Source: Chiloscyllium plagiosum (lineage: Eukaryota). Taken from it: a DNA stretch of 20,000 bases. The stretch is from NCBI RefSeq assembly GCF_004010195.1, contig NC_057718.1:37858492-37878491 (forward strand). Direction: 5' to 3'. Shown piece after piece: positions 1-10,005 of the stretch. The notes under the pieces were generated by a model. The model saw only the letters and a program-made list of their open reading frames with translations. It did not search any database and was not told the origin of the DNA. Position 1 is the first letter of the stretch. Every line of letters starts with the position of its first letter. The translations under genes were made by a program, and so were the position numbers.

Positions 1-1361
1 TGTTGTCCCCTTGTTCAAGAAGGGGAGTAGACACAACCTTGGTAATTATAGACCAGTGAGCCTTGCTTCGATTGTGGGTAAAGTGTTGGAAAAGGTAATA
101 AGAGATAGGACTATAATCATTAGAGAGAATAAGTTGATTAGGGATAGTCAACACAGTTTTGTGAAGGGTAGGTCATACGTCACAAACCTTCTTGAGTTCT
201 TTGAGGATAAAGCAGTTGATGTGGTGTACATGGATATCAGTAAGGCGTTTGATAAGGTTCCCCATGGTAGGCTATTGCACAAAATACGGAGGCACAGGAT
301 TGAGGGTGATTTAGTGATTTGGATCAGAAATTGGCTCACTGAAAGAAGACAGAGGGTGGTAGTTAATGGAAAACATTCATCCTGGAGTTCAGTTACTAGT
401 GGTGTATCGCAAGGATCCACTTTGTGTACACTGTTATTTCTCATTTTTATAAATGACCTAGGTGAGGGCGTAGAAGGATTGGTTAGTAAATTTGCAGATG
501 ACACTAAGGCCAGTGGAGTTATGGACAGTGCTGAAGGATGTTGCAGGGTACAGAGGGATATAGATAAGCTGCAGAGTTGAGCTGAGAGGTGGCAAATGGA
601 GTTTGGAAAAGTGTGAGGTGATTCACTTTAGAAGGAGCAACAGGAATAAAGAGTACTGGGCTAATGGTAAGATTCTTGGTAGTGTAGATGAGCAGAGAGA
701 TCTTGATATCCATGCACAAAGATCCCTGAAAGTTGTCACCCAGGTTTATAGGATTCTTAAGAAGTCATACAGTGTATTAGCTTTTACTGGTAGAGGAATT
801 GAGTTTCGTAGCCACGATGCTATGCTGCAGCTGTATAAAGCTCTGGTTCGGCCATACTTGGGAGTATTGTGTACATTTCTGGTCATCACATTATAGGATG
901 GATGTGGAAGCTTTGGAAAGGGCTCAGAGGAGATTTACTAGGATGTTGCCTGAAGTGGAGGGAAGTTCTTATGAGGAAAGGTTGAGGGATTTGAGGCTGT
1001 TTTCATTAGAGAGAAGAAGGTTGAGACGTGGCTTGAGACATACAAGATAATCAGACGATTAGATAGGGTGGACAGTGAGAGGCTTTTTCCTCAGATGGCT
1101 AGCACAAGGGGACATAGCTTTAAAATGAGGGGTGACAGATGTCAGAGGTAGTTTCTTTACTCAGAGTATTAGAGACGTGGAACGTACTGCCTGCAACAGT
1201 AGTAGACTCGCCAAATTTAATGGCATTTAAATGGTCATTGGATAAACATATGGATGAAAATGGAATAGTGTAGGATAAATGGGCTTCAGATTGGTTCCAC
1301 AGGTCAGCACAACATCAGGGGTTGAAGGGCCTGTACTGTGCTGAATTTTTTTATGTTCTAT
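1..1361 (+). mobile_element. CR1-type non-LTR retrotransposon, 3' portion (decayed RT ORF2 plus 3' UTR)
   Basis: Broken ORFs give CR1 RT motifs (NYRPVSLASIVGK, YMDISKAFDKVPH, GVSQGS, FADDTK, ERAQRRFTRML) with stops and frameshifts. Ends in a CR1-like tail GAAGGGCCTGTACTGTGCTG...ATGTTCTAT. The 5' part runs off the window. Confidence 0.95.
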
Positions 1362-1629
1362 AAAAGAAATAAAATACCTGTTGAAACAAACCAGAGGGAT
1401 TTACAAAAGAAAGGAGCTAATATCCCCTCCTCACCTGGTCATAACATAATTCTTCTGGAGACCTTGAAAACAAAATTGTATATATCCATTAATGGAAAGA
1501 TATGGCTACATCACCAAGACATAAAATCTTTTGCCCACAGGCCCATAATGAGGAAATTTACCTGAAAATACAGGAATGTTTCTCTAGCTCTCCAAATGGT
1601 TGCATGTAATTAGATAGTCTTAAGGACTT

Positions 1630-2110
1630 CTAAGCCCATCTGTGGTTGCTCTTGAGAAGATGGTGGTCAAGTACCTTCTTGAACCACTGCAGTCCATTTC
1701 CTTAGATAGACCCACAATGCCTTTAGGGAGAGAGGATTTTCATGTAGCAACACTGAAGAAACCATGATAAATTTCCAAGTCCATCACACATACCTGAATA
1801 TTGCCTTGTGATGGTGGATTGGAGGCTTTGGGGAGTCAGGATGTGAGTTAGTCGTTTTAAAATTTCTAGTATCTGACCCGGTCTGGTAGACAAACTACTT
1901 AGATGGCTAGTCCAATTCAGTTTTCAATCAATGGCAAATCCCAATACATTGATAGTGGAGGATTCAGTGATTGTGATGCCACTGATTGCCAAGGGGTGAT
2001 AGTTCAATTCTCTCTTGTTGGAGATGGTCATTGCCTGGCACATGTGTGGCACGAGTATTAGTCACCACGTGTCAGCCCAAATTAGGATATTGTCCAGGTC
2101 TTACTGCACT
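1630..2110 (-). mobile_element. Old LINE (CR1/L2 group) RT C-terminal remnant
   Basis: Minus strand reads approximately 'QDLDNILIWADTW...VPHMCQAMTISNK' near 2100-2015 and 'GLQWFKKVLDHHL' near 1695-1657, matching LINE RT C-terminal blocks. Heavily decayed; boundaries approximate. Confidence 0.7.
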
Positions 2111-2471
2111 GTCAATTATAATGAATGGCACTTAATCTTCACTGAACTCCTGAATTTGCATCTAATTGTCCTATTTCTTCCATTATATAAGTGTATATAA
2201 TATATATTGTATTTGGCCTATGATTATATAATTCTCTATCCAAAGTTACTATTTTCATCACATGCTGTCAGTCCTTCGATTATTTTCTGGATATAATTCC
2301 AGAAATGCTTCTCTCACATCTATATTTAGATGTGTAAGAACATGGCAATTTAAAGGAGAGGAGCAGAAGTATGCCATTTAGCATTCAGGCTAGCAATGCC
2401 ACATGAAAAGATGGTGTCGTCAGATTGTTAGCTCAATTCCACTATCGTACCCATCTCCCAACCCCCAATGA

Positions 2472-2687
2472 CAGTAAAATTATCGTACCAAACCATAGGG
2501 CTGCTCTCTCATTAGAAAGGAACAACTGGTAGTGGTTTAATCTGAGGGTCACCACACCTCCGGTAAGGGGAGAAAGTGACAAGGAGTGTTCATCATAGTA
2601 ACCACAGAGGGTGCAGGAATTTAACCCACATTATTGGCATCACTCTGTATCACAAGCAGCCACAGAGCCAACTGAGCTAACCAAACC
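2472..2687 (-). mobile_element. tRNA-derived SINE
   Basis: Minus strand has Pol III box A TAGCTCAGTTGG (2679-2668) and box B-like GGTTAAATTCC (2626-2616), followed by a body ending ...AATGAGAGAGCAGCCCTATGG. Confidence 0.8.
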
Positions 2688-2717
2688 CTTACCCCAACAC
2701 TTGACTCCCTTGTAAAT

Positions 2718-3026
2718 GATTAGATTAGATTCCCTACAGTATGGAAACAGGCAAGTCCACATCGATCCTCCAAAAAGTAACCCAACCAGACCCATTCACC
2801 TACATTAAACCCCTCACTAATGCACTAACACTGTGGACAATTTAGCATGGCCAATTCACCTGATCTGCACATCTTTGGACTGTGGGAGGAAACCAGAGAA
2901 CTCGGAGGAAACCCACACAGACACAGGGAAAGAATGTGCAAACTTCACACAGTCACCCGAGGCTAGAATTGAACCGAGGACCCTGGTGCTGTAAGGCAAC
3001 AGTGCTAACCACTTAGCCACTGTGCC
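2718..3026 (-). mobile_element. HE1-type (V-SINE) elasmobranch SINE
   Basis: Minus strand: GGCACAGTGGCTAAGTGGTTAGCACTG (box A), GGTTCAATTC (box B), central GGGTTTCCTCC...GGTTTCCTCCCACAGTCCAAAGATGTGCAG core, and a LINE-derived tail ending in (AATCT)n repeats. Confidence 0.9.
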
Positions 3027-3211
3027 AGGCCAGTGATCCAACAGATCCAAACATCTGTCTAAGTTTTGAATTACTGAATGATCCTGGTCTCCAACTCTCT
3101 CTGCTGTAATGAATTATAAAGATTTACAAACGTCTGACATAATGAACTCCTCAGGTAGAAGAAATTTCCCAGGTGGAATTTTGTGAAAGTAACAAGTAGA
3201 ATCAGTCATAA

Positions 3212-3337
3212 GGAGAAAGCGAAGACTGCAGATGCTGGAAATCAGAGTCAAAAACAGGGGTGCTGGAAAAGCAAAGCAGGTCAGGCAGCATCCAAGGAGC
3301 AGGAGAGTCGATGTTTCGGGCATAAGCCCTTCATCAG
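3212..3337 (-). mobile_element. Penelope-like element 3' terminal fragment with decayed hammerhead motif
   Basis: Same family as the 8167 and 12127 copies. Minus strand reads CTGATGA-A-GGGC-TTAT-GCCC-GAAA-CATC. Flanked by an 11-bp direct repeat ATCAGTCATAA (3201-3211 / 3333-3343). Confidence 0.85.
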
Positions 3338-3359
3338 TCATAACCTCATGCCACCTCTT

Positions 3360-3406
3360 TGTGTGAGTGTGAGAGAGAGAGTAAGTGAGAGAGAGAGAGA
3401 GAGAGA
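3360..3406 (+). repeat. Compound (GT)n/(GA)n microsatellite
   Basis: Sequence gtgtgagtgtgagagagagagtaagtgagagagagagagagagaga, seen directly. Confidence 0.9.
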
Positions 3407-3599
3407 TGTCAACAAGAACAAGGGAATGGATTTCCACTACTTCCCCTTCCCAGTGCTGGGTTTCTTGAGAAGGCACTGAGTGTCATTGAACAAGGGACCA
3501 CTTTCCTAAGAAGGATGAGGCTCTTAAATGGGCATTAACTGCTCACTTAAACATGCCAGTTGGCATCAGGCTGAAAGAATGTCCAACAGCCTTCCATCC

Positions 3600-4690
3600 T
3601 CAAAGATTCTAGGAAGGGAATAAGCCAAACATGGTTAATCAGGTAAATTAAGGATATCATTGAGGATAAATTAAATTGTAAGAGAAAAACAAACAATGTG
3701 ACAAAGTTTAGTTGTAAGCAAAAGGACGGACAGAATTTTGAGAAACAAAGATGATCCAAAAAAAGGTATAAAATAAACTTTGATGGTAAGCTTGCAAGTA
3801 ACATCAAACTACAAGCAAGAGCTTCTTTAAATTTATATAAAGAAAGAAAGAGCCAAAGTGAACATCGGTCACTTGGAGAATGAGGCTGGGTAAATAACAG
3901 TAGGGAACTAGCAAATGGCAGAGGATTTGAATAAATACTTTGCACCTGTCTTCACAGCATTCCAAAAATATGAAATAATCAAGGGCAAAAGATGGAGAAC
4001 AAATGAATACAAGAACTATCACTGGAGAAAAAGTAATAGGGTAAATAATAGGGCTAAAAGCCATAAAGCCCCTTCGACCTAAGTGGATGTATCTAAGGAT
4101 ATTAAAGGAAGTAGCTATAAAGATAGTGAATGCACTGGTAGTCATCTTTCAAGAATTCTTAGATTCTGGAAAAGTTCCTGAGGCTTGGAAAATGTCAAAG
4201 TAACATCCTTATTCAAAAGGAAAGTAGACAAAAAAACTGATAACTATAGGCCAGTTAGCTTAATATGTGTTATTGGGAATATGTGAGTGTATTATAAAGG
4301 ATGTAAAAGCAGAGCACTTGGAAGCACATAATTTCATAAAGCAGAGTCAGCATGGCTTCATGAAGGGGAAATCACGCCCGTCAGAATTATTACAATTCCA
4401 TGGAGAGGTACAGATAAAGAGAACCCCATGGATATAATATATTTGGACTTCCAGAAGGTATTTAAAAAGGTGGTGCATATAGTATGTTAGCATGGTTAGA
4501 AAATTGGTTAACAGAAGGCAGAGAATTAGAATAATTTCAAGATGGCAACCTGTAACTAATGGAATGCCACAGAGATCAGGGTTGGGGACACAATTATTCA
4601 TAATAGATAAGTGACTTAGATGAGGAAAGTAAACATACTATAGCCAAGTTTGCAGATGACACAAAAATACATGGAAAGTCAAGTGGTAAG
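3600..4690 (+). mobile_element. Old CR1 LINE ORF2 remnant, 5' piece (interrupted at 4690)
   Basis: Decayed CR1 blocks: ELANGRG/LNKYFAPVF, NYRPVSL (4242-4262), SQHGFMKGKS, YLDFQK, AKFADDTK (4642-4665). Confidence 0.85.
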
Positions 4691-6425
4691 AACAAAGAAC
4701 AAAGAAAATTACAGCACAAGAACAGGCCTTTCGGCCCTCCAAGCCTGCATCGATCCAGATCCTCTATCTAAACCTGTCACTTATTTTCTAAGGGTCTGTA
4801 TTCCTTTGCTCCCTACCCATTCATGTATCTGTCTAGAAACATTTTAAATGACGCTATCGTGTCCACCTCTACCACTCCGCTGGTAACGCAATCCAGGCAC
4901 CAACCCTCTTCTAAGTAAAGACCTTTCCACGCACATCTCTGCTGAAATTTTCCCCTCTCAATTTGAACTCGTGACCCCTAGTAATTGAGTCCCCAAATGT
5001 CGGAAAAAGCTTCTTGCTTTCCACCCTGTTTATACCTCTCATGATATTGTAGACCTCAGTCAGGTCCCCCCTTAACCTCTGTCTTCCTAATGAAAATAAT
5101 CCTGATCTAGTCAACCTCTCTTCATAGCTAGTGCCCTCCATACTAGGCAACATCCTAGTGAACCTCCTCTGCACCCTCTCCAAAGCATCCACATCCTTTT
5201 GGTAATGTGACGACCAGAACTGTATGCACTATTCCAAATGTGGCCGAACCAAAGTCTTATACAACTATAATCTGACTTGCCAATTCTTGTACTTAATACC
5301 CCGTCCGATGAAGGAGAGCATGCCATATGCCTTCTTGACCTGCATTGCCACCTTCAGAGGACAATGGACCTGAAAACCCAGATTTCTCTGTACATCAACT
5401 TTCCCCAGCACTTTTCCATTAAGTGTATAGTTCGCTCTTGGATCTTCTAAAATGCATCACCTCACATTTACCTGGATTGAACTCCATCTGCCATTTCTCT
5501 GCCCAACTTTCCAAACTATCTATATTCTGCTACATTCTCTGACAGTCCCCTTCACTATCTGCTACTCCACCAATCTTAGTGTCATCTGCAAACTTGCTAA
5601 TCAGACCACCTATACCTCCTTCCAAATCATTTATATATATCACAAGCAACAGTGGTCCCAGCACGGATCCCTGTCACAGGTCCCCATTTTGAGAAACTCC
5701 TTTCCACTACTACTCTCTGTCTCCTGTTGCCCAGCCAGTTCTTTATCCATCTAGCTAGTATGCCCTGAAAGCAATTTCACTTTCTCCATCAGCCTACATG
5801 GCGAACCTTACTGAAGTCCATGTATATGACATCTGCAGCCCTTCGCTCATCAATCAACTTTGTCACTTCCTCAAATAATTCTATTAAGTTGGTAAGACAT
5901 GACCTTTCCTGCACAAAACCATGTTGCCTATCACTGATAAGCCCATTTTCTTCCAATTGGGAATAGATCCTATCTCTCCGAATAGATCCTATCCCTCAGA
6001 ATTTTCTGTAGAAGCTTCCCTACCACTGATGTCAGGCTCACCCGTATATAAGTACCTGGATTATTCCTGCTACCTTTCTTAAACAAGGGCACAACATTAA
6101 CAATTCTCCAGTCCTCTGGGACCTCACCTGTGTTCAAGGATACTGCAAAGATATCTGTTAAGGCCACAGCTATTTCCTCTCTCGCTTCCCTCAATAACCT
6201 GGGGTAGATCCCATCCTGACCTGGGGACTTGTCCACCTTAATGCCTTTAAGAATACCCAACACTTCCTCCTTCCTTATGTCAAGTTGACCAAGAGTAATC
6301 AAATATCTACCCCTAACCTCAACATCCGTCAAGTCCCTCTCCTCGGCGAATACTGATGCAAAGTACTCGTTAAGAATCTCACCCATTTCCTCTGACTCCA
6401 CGTATAACCTTCCTCCACGTATAAC

Positions 6426-6983
6426 TAACAAACTTTAAAGACCCAGTACAACTCATGGACAAAACCAACGTCATCTCCAAAATTCCATGCGAGGATTGCC
6501 ACAAACACTACATAGGACAAACAGGAAGAAAGTTAGCCACCAGGTTACATGAACACCAGCTAGCCACAAAAGGACATTCCCCTCTCTCCCTCGTAGCCCT
6601 ACACACGGATGAAAAAAAAACCACCATTCTGACTGGGACAACACATCTATCCTGGGACAGGCTAAGCAAAGACATCAGAGAATTCCTAGAGGCCTGACAC
6701 TCCAACCACAACGCCATAAACAAACACATAGATCCAGATACCATCTATCAACCCCTCGGAAAACGAACAGGAAATGACATCACCACAAACCCCAGGAACC
6801 CCATCCAGGACAAACATATAAATAGAAAGCAGGAGACAACAGCTTCGCTTCACTTGGAGGTCGCCACTGATGATGTTACCTAGCCAGGTAATGAAACATC
6901 TGGATACCAAACCTACAGATCAGCGAGCAAACCTACACCCTAAACCTCAATCTGAGCTACAAACCTTCACAAACCTTGCAAAA
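6426..6983 (+). mobile_element. Penelope-like element 3' portion: GIY-YIG endonuclease remnant plus 3' UTR
   Basis: ORF 6455-6697 reads NVISKIPCEDCHKHYIGQTGRKLATRLHEH, a PLE GIY-YIG signature (VIY..C..C...YIG.T.R....R..EH). Flanked by a 13-bp direct repeat with one mismatch: ATAACCTTCCTCC 6404-6416 / ATAACTTTCCTCC 6984-6996. Confidence 0.9.
6864..6903 (+). ncRNA. Minimal type I hammerhead ribozyme motif (PLE-associated, probably damaged)
   Basis: CCA-CTGATGA-T-GTTACC-TAGCCA-GGTAAT-GAAA-CATC-TGG. Stem I CCA/TGG, core CUGAUGA...GAAA, stem II GTTACC/GGTAAT. Has CATC where the younger copies have CGTC. Confidence 0.7.
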
Positions 6984-7050
6984 ATAACTTTCCTCCTTTG
7001 TCCTTGAGTAGGCCAACCCATTCTCTAGTTACCCTCTTGCTCCTTATATT

Positions 7051-7640
7051 TAAGGATGACACAAAGAGTCTGTAGAGGGATACAGACAGGTTAAGCAAAC
7101 GGGCAAAAAAATTCATACATTGAATATAATGTGGGAAAGGAAAAGACATTATGCACTTTGGAAAGAAGTGCAAAGAAGCCAAACGTTAATTAAATGTAGG
7201 AAGACTGCAGAAAGCTGCTGCTTAGAGGGGTTTGGGAGTACTCCTCCATACATTAAATAAAGCTAGCATATATGTTTAGCAGGAGGTAAATGGAATGCAG
7301 GCCTTTGTTTCAAAGGAAATGTAGTACAAAACAGGCAAATCTTGCTAAACTTATACAAAACACTAGTTAGACAACACTTAGACTATTGTGATCATTTTGG
7401 TCCCCTTATCTAAGAAAAGATATACTGACATTGCAGTCAGTTTAGAAATGGTTCACTTGGTTGATCCTGGGTATGGAGGATTGTTTTACAAGGAAAGATT
7501 GAGTAGGTTGGGCTTATATTCATTGGCATTCAGAAGAATTGAGAGGTAATGTTATTGAAACATATAAGATTCTTACAGGGCTTGACAGGACAGATGCAGA
7601 GTGGCTGTTTCTCCTTGTGGGATAATCTAGGACTAGAGAA
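7051..7640 (+). mobile_element. Old CR1 LINE remnant, 3' continuation of the 3600-4690 element
   Basis: The protein resumes directly after FADDTKIHGKSSG with KDDTKSL*RDTDRLSK, then decayed CR1 C-terminal blocks (LYKTLVRQHLDYC, HFGPL). Confidence 0.8.
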
Positions 7641-7659
7641 CTGGCAAAGTAAGGAACCG

Positions 7660-7825
7660 CTAATTGGAAGGATGTTGTGAAACTTGAAAGGGTTCAGAAA
7701 AGATTTACAAAGATGTTGCCAAATTGGAGGGTTTGAGCTACAGGAAGAGGGTGAATAGACTGAGGTCTTTTCTCCAGGAATGGGAGTGTCCAAAACTAAA
7801 GGGCATAGGTTTAAGGTGAGATGGT
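7660..7825 (+). mobile_element. Short CR1 ORF2 C-terminal fragment (different copy)
   Basis: AAGGATGTTGTGAAACTTGAAAGGGTTCAGAAAAGATTTACAAAGATGTTG encodes KDVVKLERVQKRFTKML. Ends with GGGCATAGGTTTAAGGTGAGA. Confidence 0.75.
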
Positions 7826-8259
7826 AGCCATTCTACCTAAATGGATAACCTCACATTTTCCTTCATTATATTCCATTGGCCAAATCTTTACCAAATCACT
7901 TTATCTCTATCCCTTTTCAGACTCTGATTGTTCCTCACAAATTGCTTCCCATTTGTGCAACCAACAAATGTTGCTCTAATACACTGTTCTTTCATCTAGG
8001 TCATTCATACAGATTAAATTGTTGAAGCCCCTGTAGCACGCCATGAGTTGCAGTTTTCTAACCTGAAAATGATCCATTTATCCCAACACTTTGCTTCCTG
8101 ATTGTTACTCCTCTTCCATGCTAATATACTCATCATGAGCTCTTAGCTTGTATAATAAAAACTTATAGGAGAAAGTGAGGTCTGCAGATGCTGGAGATCA
8201 AAGTTGAAACTTTATTGCTGGAACAGCACAGCAGGTCAGGCAGCATCCAGGGAACAGGA

Positions 8260-8297
8260 GATTCGACGTTTCGGGCACAGGCCCTTCTTCAGGATTC
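8260..8297 (-). ncRNA. Minimal type I hammerhead ribozyme motif (mirror copy)
   Basis: Minus strand: GAATC-CTGAAGA-A-GGGC-CTGT-GCCC-GAAA-CGTC-GAATC. Identical core; one A-A mismatch in stem I. Confidence 0.75.
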
Positions 8298-8330
8298 CTG
8301 AAGAAGGGCCTGTGCCCGAAACGTCGAATC
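8293..8330 (+). ncRNA. Minimal type I hammerhead ribozyme motif
   Basis: GATTC-CTGAAGA-A-GGGC-CTGT-GCCC-GAAA-CGTC-GAATC. 5-bp stem I (GAUUC/GAAUC), core CUGAnGA/GAAA, 4-bp stem II, palindromic ACGU in place of stem III, GUC cleavage triplet ending at 8325. Confidence 0.8.
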
Positions 8331-8585
8331 TCCTGTTCCCTGGATGCTGCCTGACCTGCTGTGCTGTTCCAGCAATAAAGTTTCAACTAATAAAAACTTA
8401 TGCCACTTTATCAAATGCCTTTGGAAATCCAAATATGTCACATGAAATATGATTTCCCTTCCATAAGACAATGTAATATGAACATGATTTGAATTCCTAA
8501 ACGTTGTACTATCGCTTTCTCAATTGTTGACTCCAGCAGTCTCCCAATGCAACATTATCAGTCAAACTGGCCTAGTTTCTAACTA

Positions 8586-9064
8586 TCTGACAACATCCTG
8601 GTGAATTTCATCTGCACCCTCTCTACTGCAGTCAATTCCTGCCTGTAATATATACAGTTCTGGTTGCCACAGAACTCTAGCCAATTCCTACCTAACATAC
8701 AGTGCCATCAAAACTTCTCTGCTTTTGTATTCAGTGCTTCAACTAATAAAGGCAAGTAGCCCATATGCCTTCTTAGCCACTTTATCAAAATGTCCGTTAC
8801 TCACAAGAATTTGTGGTCATATGTATATTGAGATTGAAACAGTCTGTGCTAGCCACTACATCCTATTTGATCTTGAACTGATTTGCCTTTTTTAATTTCA
8901 AAAATATACTTTATTCTTTAAAAATCTGTGTAATATATATCACAAATGCAGTTCTGCTCTGTACAATATCATATCAAGGAAACAAATAAAACATTGGAGT
9001 TTGACTCTATCCAAAATAAAAGACCTCTCTCACACACACACAATACTATATTTACATACATGTG
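8586..9064 (-). repeat. Left arm of ~480-bp inverted duplication (partner 10528-11016)
   Basis: Co-linear reverse-complement match with scattered substitutions and indels, spanning a CR1 fragment / L1-like tail junction. Confidence 0.92.
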
Positions 9065-9173
9065 AGGTACCAGGAGGGTCCAGTAATTAAACTGACCCTC
9101 AATTAACTTCAGCAGGAAGACCTCAGACAGTGGTCTTACCCCATTGCATCTTGGCTGCAGCTGCCCCAAGCTT
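8887..9173 (-). mobile_element. Probable Tx1/L1-clade LINE 3' end
   Basis: Minus strand encodes KLGAAAAKMQWGKTTV* (stop 9125-9123), then an AT-rich 3' UTR, AATAAA and an A-rich tail. A second partial copy of the same tail lies at ~9182-9267. Clade assignment is from recall of shark repeats. Confidence 0.55.
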
Positions 9174-9269
9174 GTCTAACACTTTTTTTTATTTCAAAAA
9201 TATGCTTTATTCATTAAAAATGTCTTATGTATATACATTGTCACAAATGCAGTTTGGTTCTTTACAGTA

Positions 9270-9346
9270 GTCGAAAAGTATGGTGCTGGAAAAAGCATAG
9301 CAGGTCAGGTAGCATCCGAGGAGCAGGAAAGTCAACATTTTAGGCA
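9270..9346 (-). mobile_element. Decayed PLE terminal fragment
   Basis: GTGCTGGAAAAAGCATAGCAGGTCAGGTAGCATCCGAGGAGCAGGAAAGTCAACATTTTAGGCA matches the 3212/8167/12127 family and ends within hammerhead stem II. Confidence 0.8.
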
Positions 9347-9874
9347 TTGATCGGTAACCAGTTGGCTTGATTGGTACCCCATTAATCTTTTTGACCATTC
9401 ACTCCCATCATTGGTGGACAATGGCTGTAGAGTGTACCACGTATAAAATGCAGTGCAGTGACTCACCAAGTCTCCTTGCTACAGAATTTATATGAATTAT
9501 CCGTATGTCTTTGTGATACATTTCCTCTGGCAACCTTGGCGAAATAATGACTTTTAAATGCGTTAGGAGGTGGCATTGATCTAGTTAGTTAATTTTTTGG
9601 TGAAATACTCACGCAATTTCTCACTATCACATTCTTTGGGCCACCCATCTGTGACTTGGTTGAGCACATCACTGTCCACCGGACCCTTTAAGTTTCTTCA
9701 TTAATTTCGCTGACAGACACTGGCATGCTAATTGTGAATATAAAGTTATTTACAAGTAACTCAGGCTAGAAATCGAGCAGTCCTCATGGGAAATCTAAAT
9801 GGAATGTCTACATTTGCATGATCTGCTGACTAATGATCTGTAATATCTGTAATCTGAAGCACCAGAAAAATCAA

Positions 9875-10005
9875 CACCTATCTCTGAAGCCACAGTGCTG
9901 CCACTAGGAATGGTAGTCCTTTCTTTAAAGCAAGTATGATTGCAAGGGCTTGGTGGTCAGTTAACATAGTGAACTTCCTACTGTATAAGCACGTACGGAA
10001 TTTTA
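9875..10005 (-). mobile_element. Ty3/Gypsy LTR retrotransposon RNase H relic
   Basis: ORF 9878-10093 ends KFRTCLYSRKFTMLTDHQALAIILALKKGLPFLVAALWLQR, resembling the Gypsy RNase H block KF..YLYGR.F.L.TDH.PL..I...KKG.P...AARLQRW. Confidence 0.7.

Larger units (their letters stand above)
2335..3152 (-). mobile_element. Old CR1 3'-end remnant interrupted by two SINEs
   Basis: Begins with a reverse CR1-tail-like TAAGAACAT...GGAGCAGAAGTATGCCATT. Similarity resumes between the SINEs (CTTGACTCCCTT, 2700-2711) and after them (ATCTGTCTAA...GAATTATAAAGATTTACA). Confidence 0.55.
4688..7050 (-). mobile_element. Younger CR1 LINE (about 1.8 kb, 5'-truncated) nested in the + strand CR1 and itself split by a PLE
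   Basis: Starts with a reverse CR1 tail AAGAACAAAGAACAAAGAAAATTACAGCAC. ORFs 4911-5192 (ERVQRRFTRML) and 5970-6431 (KSPGQDGIYPRLLRE, VPEDWR) are CR1 ORF2. Continues at 6984-7050 (KRVTREWVGLLKDKGGKL). Confidence 0.95.
8167..8388. mobile_element. Short non-coding Penelope-derived fold-back element (187-bp perfect palindrome) with TSD
   Basis: Arms 8202-8294 and 8296-8388 are exact reverse complements around a 1-nt centre (8295). A 35-bp unpaired terminal tail occupies 8167-8201. Direct repeat TAATAAAAACTTAT at 8153-8166 and 8388-8401. Confidence 0.92.
7830..8580 (-). mobile_element. Old CR1 RT remnant hosting the palindromic PLE insertion
   Basis: Minus strand gives VTYLDFQRHLIK (YLDFQKAFDK block) at ~8440-8405 and a MEYNEGKCEVIH-like block at ~7876-7841. 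Confidence 0.7.

Noticed and set aside
11..580. 189-aa ORF as a functional reverse transcriptase gene
   Set aside because: Partial CR1 RT with internal deletions, followed by a stop and frameshifts; a dead LINE copy.
2616..2687. tRNA gene
   Set aside because: Box A/B are present, but no cloverleaf is evident and the sequence continues into a SINE body.
8167..8388. MITE/DNA transposon or pre-miRNA interpretation of the palindrome
   Set aside because: Repeats are not terminal (35-bp one-sided tail), TSD lengths vary among relatives (11-16 bp), and the sequence is linked to GIY-YIG remnants. This fits PLE retrotransposition; there is no evidence for a miRNA.
8198..8452. Near-identical ORFs on both strands (MKLYCWNSTAGQAASREQE...)
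   Set aside because: A by-product of the DNA palindrome in a non-coding PLE terminus, with non-ATG starts. The same applies to ORFs at 12275-12547 and 3114-3479.
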